Shown: positions 23,745 to 33,836, counted from the stretch's first letter. The stretch is 42,048 bases of DNA from Deferribacteres bacterium (GCA_013152795.1 JAADFS010000032.1:1-42048); one strand, 5' to 3'. Numbers and translations: made by a program. Notes: a model not told the origin generated them from the sequence alone.

Positions 23745-25070
23745 TTACCGCTTCAGATTGACGAGCTCGTTCAGCAGGTCGTCGGAGGTGGAGACCATCC
23801 TGGAGTTTGCCTGGAAACCGCGCTGCAGTATTATCATCTTGACAAATTCCGCTGCAAGGTCCACATTGCTCAGTTCAAGGGTGTTTGACAGTATCTGGCC
23901 GGTACCCGAATTCCCCGGGGAAGTGACAATGGGCTGACCTGATTCATAAGACTCCGCATAAAGGCTGTTCCCCTGTTTTTTCAGCCCTTCCTGTGATATG
24001 AATTTCGCCAGCACGATCTGGGCGATGTTCTTGGTCTGGCCGTTGGTGAAGATACCCGACATCAACCCCTCGCTGTTTATGGTCAGGTTTTTCAGTGTGC
24101 CCGCTGCATAGCCGTCCTGCTGCAGGTATGACGTTGTGGATGTGGTGCCGAACTGTGTTGTCCCTTCCAGGCCGGTTCCACTGTCATTGGCAATGTCATC
24201 GCCGAAATCAAAGGCTATCACCTGCCCCTGCGTGGCACCCCCCGTAAAATCAAAGCCGCCTGAAGTAAGGGGATATGTGGTTGCGCTCTGTTTATAAAGG
24301 GCACCGTTGGTATTGAACTCCAGTGTGCCGTAGGCCTGTATTTCGGTGTTGCCGCTTGTTGTATCGGATGCTCCGACAACCGCATACCACTGCCATTCGT
24401 TCCCGCCGAGCGCGGGATAACCGGAGGGCCAGCCGTTGGCCGTGGTAATAGCGCGGTTTTTTCTGTAATAAATATTGATGACATGGGCATTCCCCAGTGA
24501 ATCGTACACGGTAATGGTGCTTGTAAAATTCGATGTGGTCTCAGGGCTGCTTATGCTGAATGCGGAAGGTATCGATGACCTTGAGTCAAGATTTGCATAT
24601 ATTGTCGCCGTGGAGGAGTTCCTCGGCTGGCTGTTTATTGATGCAACGTTGATGTCGCTGACCACCGTGGAAGAGGCGCCTGTGACGGAAAACTGGTAAC
24701 CCTGCAGCCTGTAGCCGTCCGGGTTGGTGGCATAACCCTGCTTGTCGATACCGAACTGGCCGGCCCGTGTGTAAAATGTGCTGTTCCCCTTTTTCACCAC
24801 AAACAGACCGTCACCGTCCACCGCAAGGTCCAGGACATTCGGGGTGTTCTCGAACGCACCCTGTGTAAATTCCTGTGAGACTTCATTAAGCAGGGCGCCC
24901 CTTCCGATTCCCAGTGAGCCCACTGTCTGGCTTACTATGTCCCCGAAGACCACCGTGCTTGTCTTGAAACCGTGGGTGTTCATGTTGGCAATATTGTCAC
25001 CCACCACCGAAAGCCCCTGGCCGTTTACATTCATCCCGCTGACTGCCGTAAACATGGATGTAATACTCAT
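23745..25070 (-). CDS. flgE: Flagellar hook protein FlgE
   Basis: N-terminus MSITSMFTAVSGMNVNGQGLSVVGDNIANMNTHGFK. C-terminus LELSNVDLAAEFVKMIILQRGFQANSRMVSTSDDLLNELVNLKR. Confidence 0.9.
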   Translation of the reverse strand: MSITSMFTAVSGMNVNGQGLSVVGDNIANMNTHGFKTSTVVFGDIVSQTVGSLGIGRGALLNEVSQEFTQGAFENTPNVLDLAVDGDGLFVVKKGNSTFYTRAGQFGIDKQGYATNPDGYRLQGYQFSVTGASSTVVSDINVASINSQPRNSSTATIYANLDSRSSIPSAFSISSPETTSNFTSTITVYDSLGNAHVINIYYRKNRAITTANGWPSGYPALGGNEWQWYAVVGASDTTSGNTEIQAYGTLEFNTNGALYKQSATTYPLTSGGFDFTGGATQGQVIAFDFGDDIANDSGTGLEGTTQFGTTSTTSYLQQDGYAAGTLKNLTINSEGLMSGIFTNGQTKNIAQIVLAKFISQEGLKKQGNSLYAESYESGQPIVTSPGNSGTGQILSNTLELSNVDLAAEFVKMIILQRGFQANSRMVSTSDDLLNELVNLKR

Positions 25071-25130
25071 CTATATTCCTCCCTTCCTACTATATTATTA
25101 ACCTTACAGTGGCACGGAGATATCAATGCC

Positions 25131-25784
25131 TTACTCCTCTACTGCCTGGATATCACTGAGACGGACATTCCTGGCTTTATCCAGCACAAGATACGTAACC
25201 CCGTCCCTGAAGACAATGCCCGTGACATTCCCCGAGCTCATGGTTTCCACCTCAACAGGATTGCCCGAGCTGTCAAGCGCTTCTATTTCAAAGGTATAAT
25301 TGCCTTCGGACATGCGGTTGCCCAGCTCGTCCCTGCCGTCCCACAAAAAGCTTCCGTCACCGGCCTTATGAGGGCCGATGTTTTCCGTGCGGATAATCCT
25401 GCCGGTGGGATCGTGAATCAATATCTTTACTGAAGATGCATCATCCGCCAATTGATAGATGATATCCGCCTGGTCGTCAAGATAAACGTTGCTGCCGCTG
25501 ACCCTGACCTGTTTGCCGATCAGGTTTGTGACGGTTGCATTCTGCATCGAATGCTGAAATGCAAGGACATCGCTCAGGGTATCGTTTATGTTATTAAGCT
25601 CTTCGAGAGAGCTGAACTGGGTGAGCTGCACCGTAAACTCCCTGCTGTCCATTGGATTTAACGGGTCCTGGTGGCTTAACTGGTTAAGCAGGAGATTCAT
25701 GAAATCTTCCTTACCAAGGGTCTTTTTGGCAAGCGGGGGCTTTCTGGCATTGACATCAATGGTGTTTACTCCGGATATATTCAT
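25131..25784 (-). CDS. flgD: Flagellar hook assembly/capping protein FlgD
   Basis: LGKEDFMNLLLNQLSHQDPLNPMDSREFTVQLTQFSSLE, followed by a FlgD Ig-like C-terminal half. Confidence 0.9.
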   Translation of the reverse strand: MNISGVNTIDVNARKPPLAKKTLGKEDFMNLLLNQLSHQDPLNPMDSREFTVQLTQFSSLEELNNINDTLSDVLAFQHSMQNATVTNLIGKQVRVSGSNVYLDDQADIIYQLADDASSVKILIHDPTGRIIRTENIGPHKAGDGSFLWDGRDELGNRMSEGNYTFEIEALDSSGNPVEVETMSSGNVTGIVFRDGVTYLVLDKARNVRLSDIQAVEE

Positions 25785-25802
25785 GCTACCTCCAACAATG
25801 AA

Positions 25803-25858
25803 ATCGCTTTATAAAGGTTTTCCGGCAGGCTCTCCTGCCCCACATATGCAACATTAAG
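25803..25858 (+). repeat. ACCTTA-hairpin mosaic element, End-C half copy (between fliK and flgD)
   Basis: ATCGCTTTATAAAGGTTTTCCGGCAGGCTCTCCTGCCCCACATATGCAACATTAAG. A 14-nt End-A stub, ACCTTACAGTGGCA, sits at 25101-25114 between flgD and flgE. Confidence 0.8.
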
Positions 25859-25904
25859 TAAAATCAAACGCTGTACAGTCTCTCGGGCCCTGCATACAAA
25901 TATC

Positions 25905-27575
25905 TCATGCGAAAACACTTATCATGCCGCTGCCGCTACGCGCTGCATTTCCCGCAGGTTCCGGATATGCATTTTCATGCCTGCCGTCAACATCAAAGGC
26001 GTTTCCATTGTCATATGCATACCTGTTTTCACTGCCTTCACCGTCTTTATGGTTCCTCAACCCCACGGAGAATCCACCGACACTGACACCGCTCTTTGCC
26101 AGGGAATCGACTATGTGCTGAATATTGTTCTGAACGAATTCCCTTGTTGCATTATCAGCGGCATTAATGTGAACATTTATTACGCCTTTATTGAGGGTGA
26201 CGTTTATATTGAGCTTCCCGACTGTTTCGTTTTCTACGGTGACGCCGAGCCTGTTATTGCCCTTTGCAATATAAACAATCCTGTCGATTACATCGTTAAA
26301 GGCAGGGGGCCTCGCAGCTTTTGCGGCGTGCTGGATATTCTTCCCCCTTCCGCCTCCGGATGCGATCATACCGGTGTCCGTAAGGCCTGTACCACCGTGT
26401 CCCCGGGCACTGCGTGCAGCCTTTGAGTAATTACTGGAGCCCCCTTCACGATTTAAATTTCCCGCAAATTCAGACACCAGCCTCATGCCGGACAATATCC
26501 TTGCACTGTTATTGCCCGCCGTCGCCGTGACAGCTTCCTGCAATTGAAACTGCTGCCTCATAAGATGCTGTCCCGCGGTATGAACCCCTTTTCCGGAAAG
26601 CTTGAGCATGTCCCTGTCACCTGAGCCCGCATCACCTGAACCAGAGGTCTTTATCTGAATCTGATGCCTGATCATCTCCTCAATATTAATACCCTTTACT
26701 CCCGGCGATTCGTTTGTCTTTTCCTGTAACGTATGGCCTGTCTTTAATCCGTTCTCCATCCTTGCCTGATCACCGCTCAGGGATTGCAGGTCTTTGATCG
26801 CCGCCGTTAACGTGTCTGTCTGTCCGGAATTGCTGTTCTTGGGCATATCCGCCGGGACAGTGGTCTTCAGGAGATTTTTTGCATTGTCAGTCAACCGTGT
26901 GTTTTCTTTGTTGGCTGCGCCTTTACTCCTGTCAATTGCACCTTCAACATGATTGAAAGCCTTCAGGCCTTTTTCAGCCACTGCATCCGCATTACCGGCA
27001 GGCTGCCCGGTTACTTTACCGGTTCTTGCATCAGCAGAGTCATCCGACAGGCGGCCGGCACATTTGAGCAGCAAGCCGGATATTTTCAGCTCATTCGCGC
27101 CATCTTTCACCTGCCGGGGGTTATCCGCGCAGGAAGCGGAATCTTTTTTTACTGTATCTGGATTGTGAGTGACGGTTTTATTGCATTCATCCGCGTAGTT
27201 ATCTTGCTGCCTGTATTCATTGCCGTTTCCCTGCTCTCGGGGGCCGCTGTTCTTTTCCGGTTTTTGCGAGTCCGTCCTGATTTTCTCCGGCCCGCTGATT
27301 TCTGAATCCCGCTGTGCACCGCCGGGCTCCTCTGCTTTACGCATGTATTGCCGGTCATCCGGCCTCTCGGTCTTTCTGGCGGCCTGTTCCGGGAGCCTTC
27401 TTCTTCCGATCTCCTCTGTCATGAAATTATCAATCAGGGAATCGAACATAAAACCGTCAAGGCCGGCTCCCCCTCGAAGGTTCAGGCCGTGGCCGGGATT
27501 CTGCCGGCCGACCCCTTTGGCCTCCATTGCGGTCTGTACATAAACGCTCATGCCGGCCACTGATGCAATAGGCAT
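25905..27575 (-). CDS. fliK: Flagellar hook-length control protein FliK
   Basis: The C-terminal Flg_hook-type segment reads LGVTVENETVGKLNINVTLNKGVINVHINAADNATREFVQNNIQHIVDSLAKSGVSVGGFSV. The N-terminal two-thirds are long and low-complexity. Its position upstream of flgD-flgE also fits. Confidence 0.75.
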   Translation of the reverse strand: MPIASVAGMSVYVQTAMEAKGVGRQNPGHGLNLRGGAGLDGFMFDSLIDNFMTEEIGRRRLPEQAARKTERPDDRQYMRKAEEPGGAQRDSEISGPEKIRTDSQKPEKNSGPREQGNGNEYRQQDNYADECNKTVTHNPDTVKKDSASCADNPRQVKDGANELKISGLLLKCAGRLSDDSADARTGKVTGQPAGNADAVAEKGLKAFNHVEGAIDRSKGAANKENTRLTDNAKNLLKTTVPADMPKNSNSGQTDTLTAAIKDLQSLSGDQARMENGLKTGHTLQEKTNESPGVKGINIEEMIRHQIQIKTSGSGDAGSGDRDMLKLSGKGVHTAGQHLMRQQFQLQEAVTATAGNNSARILSGMRLVSEFAGNLNREGGSSNYSKAARSARGHGGTGLTDTGMIASGGGRGKNIQHAAKAARPPAFNDVIDRIVYIAKGNNRLGVTVENETVGKLNINVTLNKGVINVHINAADNATREFVQNNIQHIVDSLAKSGVSVGGFSVGLRNHKDGEGSENRYAYDNGNAFDVDGRHENAYPEPAGNAARSGSGMISVFA

Positions 27576-27659
27576 GCCTGAATTGGAGAAAATGCGCTAA
27601 CAGATGGTTTTTAAAGGATATTCAGCCAAGGCGGCAAAGACACCTGCGGCGGGATTGCG

Positions 27660-27690
27660 AAAAAAATTCCCCCGCGGGGGAAAGTTTTTT
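27660..27690 (-). terminator. Rho-independent-type terminator (bidirectional shape) downstream of the GT-C gene
   Basis: An A7 run, the perfect 16-nt palindrome TTCCCCCGCGGGGGAA (27667-27682), then AAG and a T6 run. Confidence 0.6.
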
Positions 27691-27705
27691 CCCGTTTGCA
27701 GGTAA

Positions 27706-27920
27706 GCCTTACAGTGGCAAAAATACTGCAAGCGGGGCAGAGGAGTCTGCCGGAAAAGCTTTATCTGCGATTCCTTCAGGAAATATTCCGCACGGCATAT
27801 TGACGTCCTTTTGAACTTCACTTTCCGTTACTTCCTGCAACAGAGACGTATTTCCAATATCTTATCGCTTTATAAAGGTTTTCCGGCAGACTCCTCTGCC
27901 CGTTTATGCAACATTAAGGT
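27706..27920 (+). repeat. ACCTTA-hairpin mosaic element, full copy (End-A, core-B, End-C)
   Basis: About 85% identical by eye to 40304-40520 over ~215 bp. Contains GCCTTACAGTGGCA..GGCAGAGGAGTCTGCC..GCTTTATCTGCGAT, then CCTTCAGGAAATATTCCGCAC..TTCCTGCAA, then ATCGCTTTATAAAGGTTTTCCGGCAGACTCCTCTGCCCGTTTATGCAACATTAAGGT. Confidence 0.9.
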
Positions 27921-27953
27921 AAGCTGTCCTCTTACCTGCAGCGGGCGGATTTA

Positions 27954-29579
27954 TCAGGGGGATTTCAAGTCCGTTTTTTCGGGATGTTTTGCCCGGTAAC
28001 CAGGGAGTTTAAGCACCGTCATGATTTTTGCCCCGTCAATGCTGATTGAATAATATTCCTCTCCAAAGGAATATTCATCCTTATGCCACCGGTAATTGCT
28101 GAGGAAGTATTCCGCCTCATCAGGGTCGTCCACATAAACCAGTCTCCTCCTGTCCGCGGCCGGCAGAATCCTGGCATTCTCCCTCCCCGGCTGGTTGGCT
28201 ACGTAAACTCTTATAACCCTGTCACTGTCGTTTTTCAGGATATACTCCAGCGCCTGCCTGTACGATAATCCCCAGTAGTCCAGCTCGAAGTTCTTTTTTA
28301 TCTCCTTCATGTCCCTGCCTGCCAGTCTGTTGAAATACACATTCTGATAAGGATGATATTCCACCATGATACGGGCTGTATGAATCAGGCTTAAGGCTAC
28401 AAGGCCGATAAAGGCCGATTTCATGACACCGCGGGAAGCACCCTGAAATTTCGCCTCGATCAAAGCGAACAGATATAACATGCCGGTCAGTGAAAGAATC
28501 AGGAACGCGGGATAGATAAAAAACATATGCCGCCATGCATCATATACAACAGAGCCGCTTGCAATCACAACACCCAGGGGCAGAAAGAACCATAACAGAA
28601 ATATAAGGTCATTCCTTTTGGTTGTATAAAAGCGTACCGGATTCATTACCAGTTCCTTTATTGAAACAAAAGAGCCGGCAATGAAAAAGAAGGTATAAAG
28701 CAGTGGAGTGGATATGGCTATCCATACGGGAATATAGTGCCACGGAAGGTCCGTCCCCTTTATATACTCCCCGAGATACAGTATGGTCAGCCTCCATGGA
28801 TAGGCCGACATCTGCCTGAATGCCTCTATGAAATGATAAACCGGATCCGGCCATAAAACCGGCCAGAAGAGGATGGTGAAGGATATAAGCAGAAAAGTGT
28901 ATACAAGAAAACCCGGGATTATCTTTTCGCCTTTTTTCTTCTCTGACCGCGTTATCAGCAGATCGCCTGCAAGGAAGGCAACCGTGAAGAATGGAACAAT
29001 AATTCCCAGTATGCGTATGTCGATCAGAAAGGCGTTTGCCAGCGCATGAACAGACGCCCTGTACAGTGTCCTGTTGTCCAGATACCTGATGAGCGTATAT
29101 ATGCTTATTATAAACAGGGCCAGGAAAGGAATGTCTTTTGAATTATAGAACGAATGGGCGAATATCCTCGGGCTGAGTATCAGGAAAAGGCTTCCGAGCA
29201 GGCCGGCCTTCCAACTCCGGAAGTGGTCCCTGCATAACAGGTAGAAAAAAACCACGCCTGCATAAAACAACAGGAACGTAAGCAGGTGGCGCATGAGAAA
29301 TGTGGCCCTTGGATCATCCGTGAGTTTCAGAATGCTCTCGACGCCCACCAGGAACATTTCAAAGGCCGGGCCGTGGTATCTCTCGTTGTCGCTGAACAGT
29401 GCCCGGTCCCCGTGCACGGCATACATTGCTGCGTATCCCCCGCCGTGTCTTGAAATGGGCTCATCCCACGATATGCCGTAATCTTTGTAGATGCCTGTGC
29501 CGACAGCAAGGAAAACCGCAAAAAAAAGCCATACGAGAGCTTTGTGCCTCTGTTCAATGAATATGCTGAGTCGGGACAT
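27954..29579 (-). CDS. GT-C fold (ArnT/PMT, GT39/83-like) membrane glycosyltransferase
   Basis: 541 aa with ~12 TM helices. The first periplasmic loop has YKDYGISWDEP (D-E motif). Confidence 0.7.
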   Translation of the reverse strand: MSRLSIFIEQRHKALVWLFFAVFLAVGTGIYKDYGISWDEPISRHGGGYAAMYAVHGDRALFSDNERYHGPAFEMFLVGVESILKLTDDPRATFLMRHLLTFLLFYAGVVFFYLLCRDHFRSWKAGLLGSLFLILSPRIFAHSFYNSKDIPFLALFIISIYTLIRYLDNRTLYRASVHALANAFLIDIRILGIIVPFFTVAFLAGDLLITRSEKKKGEKIIPGFLVYTFLLISFTILFWPVLWPDPVYHFIEAFRQMSAYPWRLTILYLGEYIKGTDLPWHYIPVWIAISTPLLYTFFFIAGSFVSIKELVMNPVRFYTTKRNDLIFLLWFFLPLGVVIASGSVVYDAWRHMFFIYPAFLILSLTGMLYLFALIEAKFQGASRGVMKSAFIGLVALSLIHTARIMVEYHPYQNVYFNRLAGRDMKEIKKNFELDYWGLSYRQALEYILKNDSDRVIRVYVANQPGRENARILPAADRRRLVYVDDPDEAEYFLSNYRWHKDEYSFGEEYYSISIDGAKIMTVLKLPGYRAKHPEKTDLKSP

Positions 29580-29726
29580 TTTTGCGGGACAGGTGTATCA
29601 AGAAATCGTTATAAGTAATTCTGAATTATAACACTAAGGGCGCTTCAAATACAAAATGTTTCAAATACCATTGCAAAATGTTATATTTAAAAATGTATCC
29701 GAAGATCACTTGCGCTTTCTGCGTTA

Positions 29727-29791
29727 TCCTAATGTTGCATAAACGGGCAGAGGAGTCTGCCCCGCCGGCGGTATCTTATGCCACTGTAAGG
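29727..29791 (-). repeat. ACCTTA-hairpin mosaic element, minimal single-hairpin copy
   Basis: CCTAATGTTGCATAAACGGGCAGAGGAGTCTGCCCCGCCGGCGGTATCTTATGCCACTGTAAGGT. Confidence 0.8.
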
Positions 29792-29815
29792 TTATAAAAC
29801 ATTCAATAAGAAATA

Positions 29816-31771
29816 ATGAATCCTGCGAATTCTTCTTACTGGAAAATATTCCGCCTCATATTCACGATGTTTTCCCTTTACCTGCTCGGGGATGCGTTTT
29901 TCCGCTGGGACGCGTTCAGATACTATGCGCCGTTCTCTGAATTCCTGCCTGCCGTTGCACTGGCGACCGTGCTCTGGAGCGCTGTATCCGTGCTCGCCTC
30001 GCTGCTGGCGTGGATACCGCTTAAAGTGCTGGAGCGCCTTTTCCCCTCCAGGGCCCGGAGCGATTTGACGGAGCGCTGGATGCTGTTTATATGCCTGTTT
30101 CTGCTGCTGTCAATAACACTCTGGCTCGGCAAGAGGACCTTCTGGGAACACGGCCGGATAACGCTTCAGGTGAAACTCGCAGCGCTTTCAGGCATAACGG
30201 CCGCGGCAGTATTCCTGGCATGGCTCCTCCGCAACAGGGCAGTACAGTGGATGGACGCTGTACAGGACAGGGTCACTCCGCTGCTCTGGCTGTTCGGCGT
30301 CTGTTTTATACTCTCCGTGCCCCTTGTGGCTTATTGCACATGGGGAAAAGAAACGCATAGGACGGCGGTAAAGGAAATCGTCCACCCTGCACCGGATAAA
30401 AACCTGCCGAATATCATACTGGTCACCTTCGACGCCCTTGCAGCCGGGGATATGTCGGTATACGGATATGAAAGGCCTACAACACCTTTTATATCCGAAT
30501 GGGCAAAGACAGCCGTATTATTTACAAGGACCGAGGCTGCGAGCAACTGGACGCCGCCCACCACATCGACTCTCATGACCGGCAAGAGGGTATGGACCCA
30601 CCGGACATACCACGAAAAAGGGACAAAACCCTTCAGGAGCAGCACCGAAAGCCTGCCCCTGCTGCTGAAAAAAAACGGCTACTATAACATGGCTTTTATC
30701 GTGAACCATCTTGCATCGGTTCAGACACTGGGTGTGGCGGACAGTTTTGATGTCGCCCCGCCTGCAACGGCCTTCAGCACGCCCGTATCACTGCTGGAGA
30801 TTGCCGATGCATTTCTGTACGGGCTCTTCGGCGAGAAGATCAGGCTGTATGACTGGGTAATAAAGGAAGATTTCATTCTCAGCAGGGTGCTGAGTGTGTT
30901 GTCCAGTGATTACTCCGTGACCACCGTGCCTCCTTCAAAGGCGTTCAACAGGTTTCTTGAGATCATGGATGACAATCCGCCCACTCGGCCTTTTTTTGCG
31001 TGGATTCATCTCTTCCCTCCCCACTTTCCGTATCTGCCTCCTGAACCGTTCATGGGAATGTTCGATTCTTCGCCGCAATTCAGGACGCGCAAGAGCCAGG
31101 ACAGGGAGATGTGGATCAGCGACAGCCGTTACAACCAGGCAGCGGTCGGGGTTTTAAGGGCGCGTTATGACGAATTTATAAGATACTGTGACAGTGAGTT
31201 TGAAGGTTTCATAAATGAATTGCAAAAGAGGGGCCTGTTGAAAAACAGCGTTATTATCCTTTCCTCAGACCACGGGGAGAGCTTTCAACGCAGGTATCTC
31301 CGGCACGGCGGTGAACATCTTTACGAACAGGTGACCCGCATCCCGCTGATTATCAAAGAACCCGGCCGGCGCACGGGAACAGTCATCAATGCCCTCGCAG
31401 GGCAGGCGGATATCCCTGCCACGATTCTCGCACTGGCGGGCATACCGGTGCCATCATGGATGGAAGGCCGTTCCCTCGTGCCTCTTATGAAGGGTGAAGA
31501 GACAGAGCCGCGGCCGGAATTCTCCATGAATTTACAGACCAATCCAAGCCGCGGCCACCGGATCACAAAAGGTGTAGTGGCCGTCTGGGACGGTGAGTAC
31601 AAGCTCATACACAATCTGAAGGAGAACACGTCTCTCCTGTTTAATCTGAAGAAAGACCCCGGAGAGCTTGAAAATCTTGTTGACCGGGAGCCTGAAACGG
31701 CACGGCGGCTTCTGTTTCTGATTCAGGACAGCCTCAGGAAGGCCAATGACAGGATCAGGAGGGAAGGTTGA
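29816..31771 (+). CDS. Membrane-anchored sulfatase-superfamily enzyme (LtaS/EptA-like, Thr nucleophile context)
   Basis: An N-terminal TM region is followed by NIILVTFDALAAGDMSVYGY..ASNWTPPTTSTLMTGK and SSDHGE motifs of the alkaline-phosphatase/sulfatase fold. There is no C/S-x-P-x-R formylglycine motif. Confidence 0.75.
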   Translation: MNPANSSYWKIFRLIFTMFSLYLLGDAFFRWDAFRYYAPFSEFLPAVALATVLWSAVSVLASLLAWIPLKVLERLFPSRARSDLTERWMLFICLFLLLSITLWLGKRTFWEHGRITLQVKLAALSGITAAAVFLAWLLRNRAVQWMDAVQDRVTPLLWLFGVCFILSVPLVAYCTWGKETHRTAVKEIVHPAPDKNLPNIILVTFDALAAGDMSVYGYERPTTPFISEWAKTAVLFTRTEAASNWTPPTTSTLMTGKRVWTHRTYHEKGTKPFRSSTESLPLLLKKNGYYNMAFIVNHLASVQTLGVADSFDVAPPATAFSTPVSLLEIADAFLYGLFGEKIRLYDWVIKEDFILSRVLSVLSSDYSVTTVPPSKAFNRFLEIMDDNPPTRPFFAWIHLFPPHFPYLPPEPFMGMFDSSPQFRTRKSQDREMWISDSRYNQAAVGVLRARYDEFIRYCDSEFEGFINELQKRGLLKNSVIILSSDHGESFQRRYLRHGGEHLYEQVTRIPLIIKEPGRRTGTVINALAGQADIPATILALAGIPVPSWMEGRSLVPLMKGEETEPRPEFSMNLQTNPSRGHRITKGVVAVWDGEYKLIHNLKENTSLLFNLKKDPGELENLVDREPETARRLLFLIQDSLRKANDRIRREG

Positions 31772-33584
31772 AGAAAATCATGGAGGTCCTGCAGCGATAT
31801 TGAACGATAGATACAGGCGTTACAGTATATGTATTTTACTGATAACAGCGCTCCTCCTTGTGGCTGCGGCTTTCTCCTTTGCCGCCTCATACCTGCCTTT
31901 TCAATGGCTGAAAATCCAGATAGACTCTTATGCCCGGCACGGCACAGCGGATAAATTCACTGTCGAGGTATTTGAGAAAATAGTCTTGAGGCTGAGAATC
32001 ACCGCTGCTGCAATGTTCTTTGCAGCGGGTCTGCTCTACTCAGCCAGGCGGAAGGCGGAGCGGTATGTCTCGGATGCCCTGGCATCACTGGTTTCATTTT
32101 TCAGGTCTCTTGCACACGATATCAGGGATGCGGCAGGAAGAGAAGACTGGATGCATCTCTGTGCATTTTTTATAATACTGGCGGGGGCGATTGCAGTGAG
32201 AGTGGCGGCACTCTCCCGCCCCATGCATACCGACGAGGCATATACCTTTAATGTCTATGTCTCAAAACCTTTATACATCGGCCTTACATATTATTCCGCC
32301 CCGAACAATCATCTCTTCCATACATTTTTATCCCATATTTCATACGTGCTCTTCGGCAATCATCCGTGGGCGATCCGCCTGCCCGCGCTTGTGGCCGGCA
32401 TACTCGTGGTCCCGGCATCCTACGTGTTTATACGCATCTTTTACAACAGGGATGCAGCACTCCTGACGGCAGCCGTTGTCGCCGCTTCTTCGATGCTCAT
32501 CAGGTATTCAGCCGCAGCACGTGGATATTCCATAATATGCCTGATCTTTCTGTCGCTCCTTGCCCTTGCGGCCTATCTCAGACAGGGCGGAAACACGGGT
32601 GCCTGGCTCCTGTTCGCCGTATTGTCGGCAACCGGTTTCTATACGATCCCGATAATGCTCTATCCCTTCGGAATAGTTGTAATCTGGCTGTTCCTGTCGA
32701 TCATGTCTGCACAAAAAGGCGCCGGACGCCGCAGTTCACTGAAAACCCTGTCTGTATATACCGCCGTTACATTACTTTTAACATTAATCCTCTATGCACC
32801 GGTCCTGGCGGTATCCGGCATTAAACCGCTTGTGGCCAATCCATGGGTGGTATCGAGGTCATGGTCCTATTTTGCAGAGAGGTTTCCGCCTTCTCTCGTT
32901 TCACTGTGGAACTACTGGAACAGGGATATCCCCACTGCGCTAAGCCTTGTTCTTGCAGGCGGCTTTATCGTCTCGCTGGTGTTTCACAGGCGGTTAAGCC
33001 CTTACCGCATCCCGGTAGCCGCAGTGGCGGTAATCTGGTGCCTTCCTGTTGTAGCAGCACAGCGCGTGGTCCCCGATGAGCGGATATGGCTGTTTCTGCT
33101 GCCCGTATACATAGGGCCGGCGTGCGCCGGCGCGGCTTTTTTACCGGGCCTGCTCCGAATGAAAAAGGGCAGGTTCCATGCGATTGTATTCCCCATCCTC
33201 GCGGTTGCGCTTTCCTTCTGGTTGAGCTGGGGTGTGCTGCATTCCCAGCGGGCGGATACGGTTTATGATTACAGGCCGGTCACATTTTTTCTCAAGGAAT
33301 ATCTCAGACCCGGCGACAGGGTCATTGATGCCTATGTTGAGCAGCATCCTTCATCGATATATTACCGCAGGCTGTATAATATTCCGGATAGATATTTTTC
33401 CGGTGATCCGGCTTCCGGCAGCCGGATACTGATAATAGTTGACGGCCCGATGAAGACGGCGGGAGGAATTCTGAGGAAGAAGGGACTGTCAGCGGCGGAT
33501 TACACTGACCCGGAGCTCATCCGGCGGTACAGGTTCCTGAGGGTGTATGAGATAAAGAGAAGGCATCAGGGAAAAGAAAGGTGA
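31746..33584 (+). CDS. Second GT-C fold membrane glycosyltransferase
   Basis: 612 aa and polytopic. RPMHTDEAYTF sits in the loop after TM1, and ..NHPWAIRLPALVAGILVVP.. is typical of GT39/83-like enzymes. It overlaps the upstream gene by 26 nt. Confidence 0.65.
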   Translation: MTGSGGKVEENHGGPAAILNDRYRRYSICILLITALLLVAAAFSFAASYLPFQWLKIQIDSYARHGTADKFTVEVFEKIVLRLRITAAAMFFAAGLLYSARRKAERYVSDALASLVSFFRSLAHDIRDAAGREDWMHLCAFFIILAGAIAVRVAALSRPMHTDEAYTFNVYVSKPLYIGLTYYSAPNNHLFHTFLSHISYVLFGNHPWAIRLPALVAGILVVPASYVFIRIFYNRDAALLTAAVVAASSMLIRYSAAARGYSIICLIFLSLLALAAYLRQGGNTGAWLLFAVLSATGFYTIPIMLYPFGIVVIWLFLSIMSAQKGAGRRSSLKTLSVYTAVTLLLTLILYAPVLAVSGIKPLVANPWVVSRSWSYFAERFPPSLVSLWNYWNRDIPTALSLVLAGGFIVSLVFHRRLSPYRIPVAAVAVIWCLPVVAAQRVVPDERIWLFLLPVYIGPACAGAAFLPGLLRMKKGRFHAIVFPILAVALSFWLSWGVLHSQRADTVYDYRPVTFFLKEYLRPGDRVIDAYVEQHPSSIYYRRLYNIPDRYFSGDPASGSRILIIVDGPMKTAGGILRKKGLSAADYTDPELIRRYRFLRVYEIKRRHQGKER

Positions 33585-33664
33585 CGATGTTACGCCGGGC
33601 GGCAGCAAAATCTGATGTAAAAATTGTATAATAGACACCGGCAAATACATATCTGCTTAAATCC

Positions 33665-33738
33665 GCCCCCTTAGCTCAGCAGGATAGAGCACTGGTTTCC
33701 TAAACCAGGTGTCGCACGTTCGAGTCGTGCAGGGGGCG
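33665..33738 (+). tRNA. tRNA-Arg (anticodon CCT)
   Basis: Manual cloverleaf: acceptor GCCCCCT/AGGGGGC, D stem GCTC/GAGC, anticodon stem CTGGT/ACCAG with loop TTCCTAA, T stem GCACG/CGTGC with loop TTCGAGT. CCA is not encoded. Confidence 0.9.
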
Positions 33739-33836
33739 CTTTTTTCATTGGAAACTCATCTTCCCTTTTGCTGAGAATATGAAATTCGATTATCCATGAG
33801 GGTGTTCAGTTCCGAGTGCAAATATCTTGATACAAA

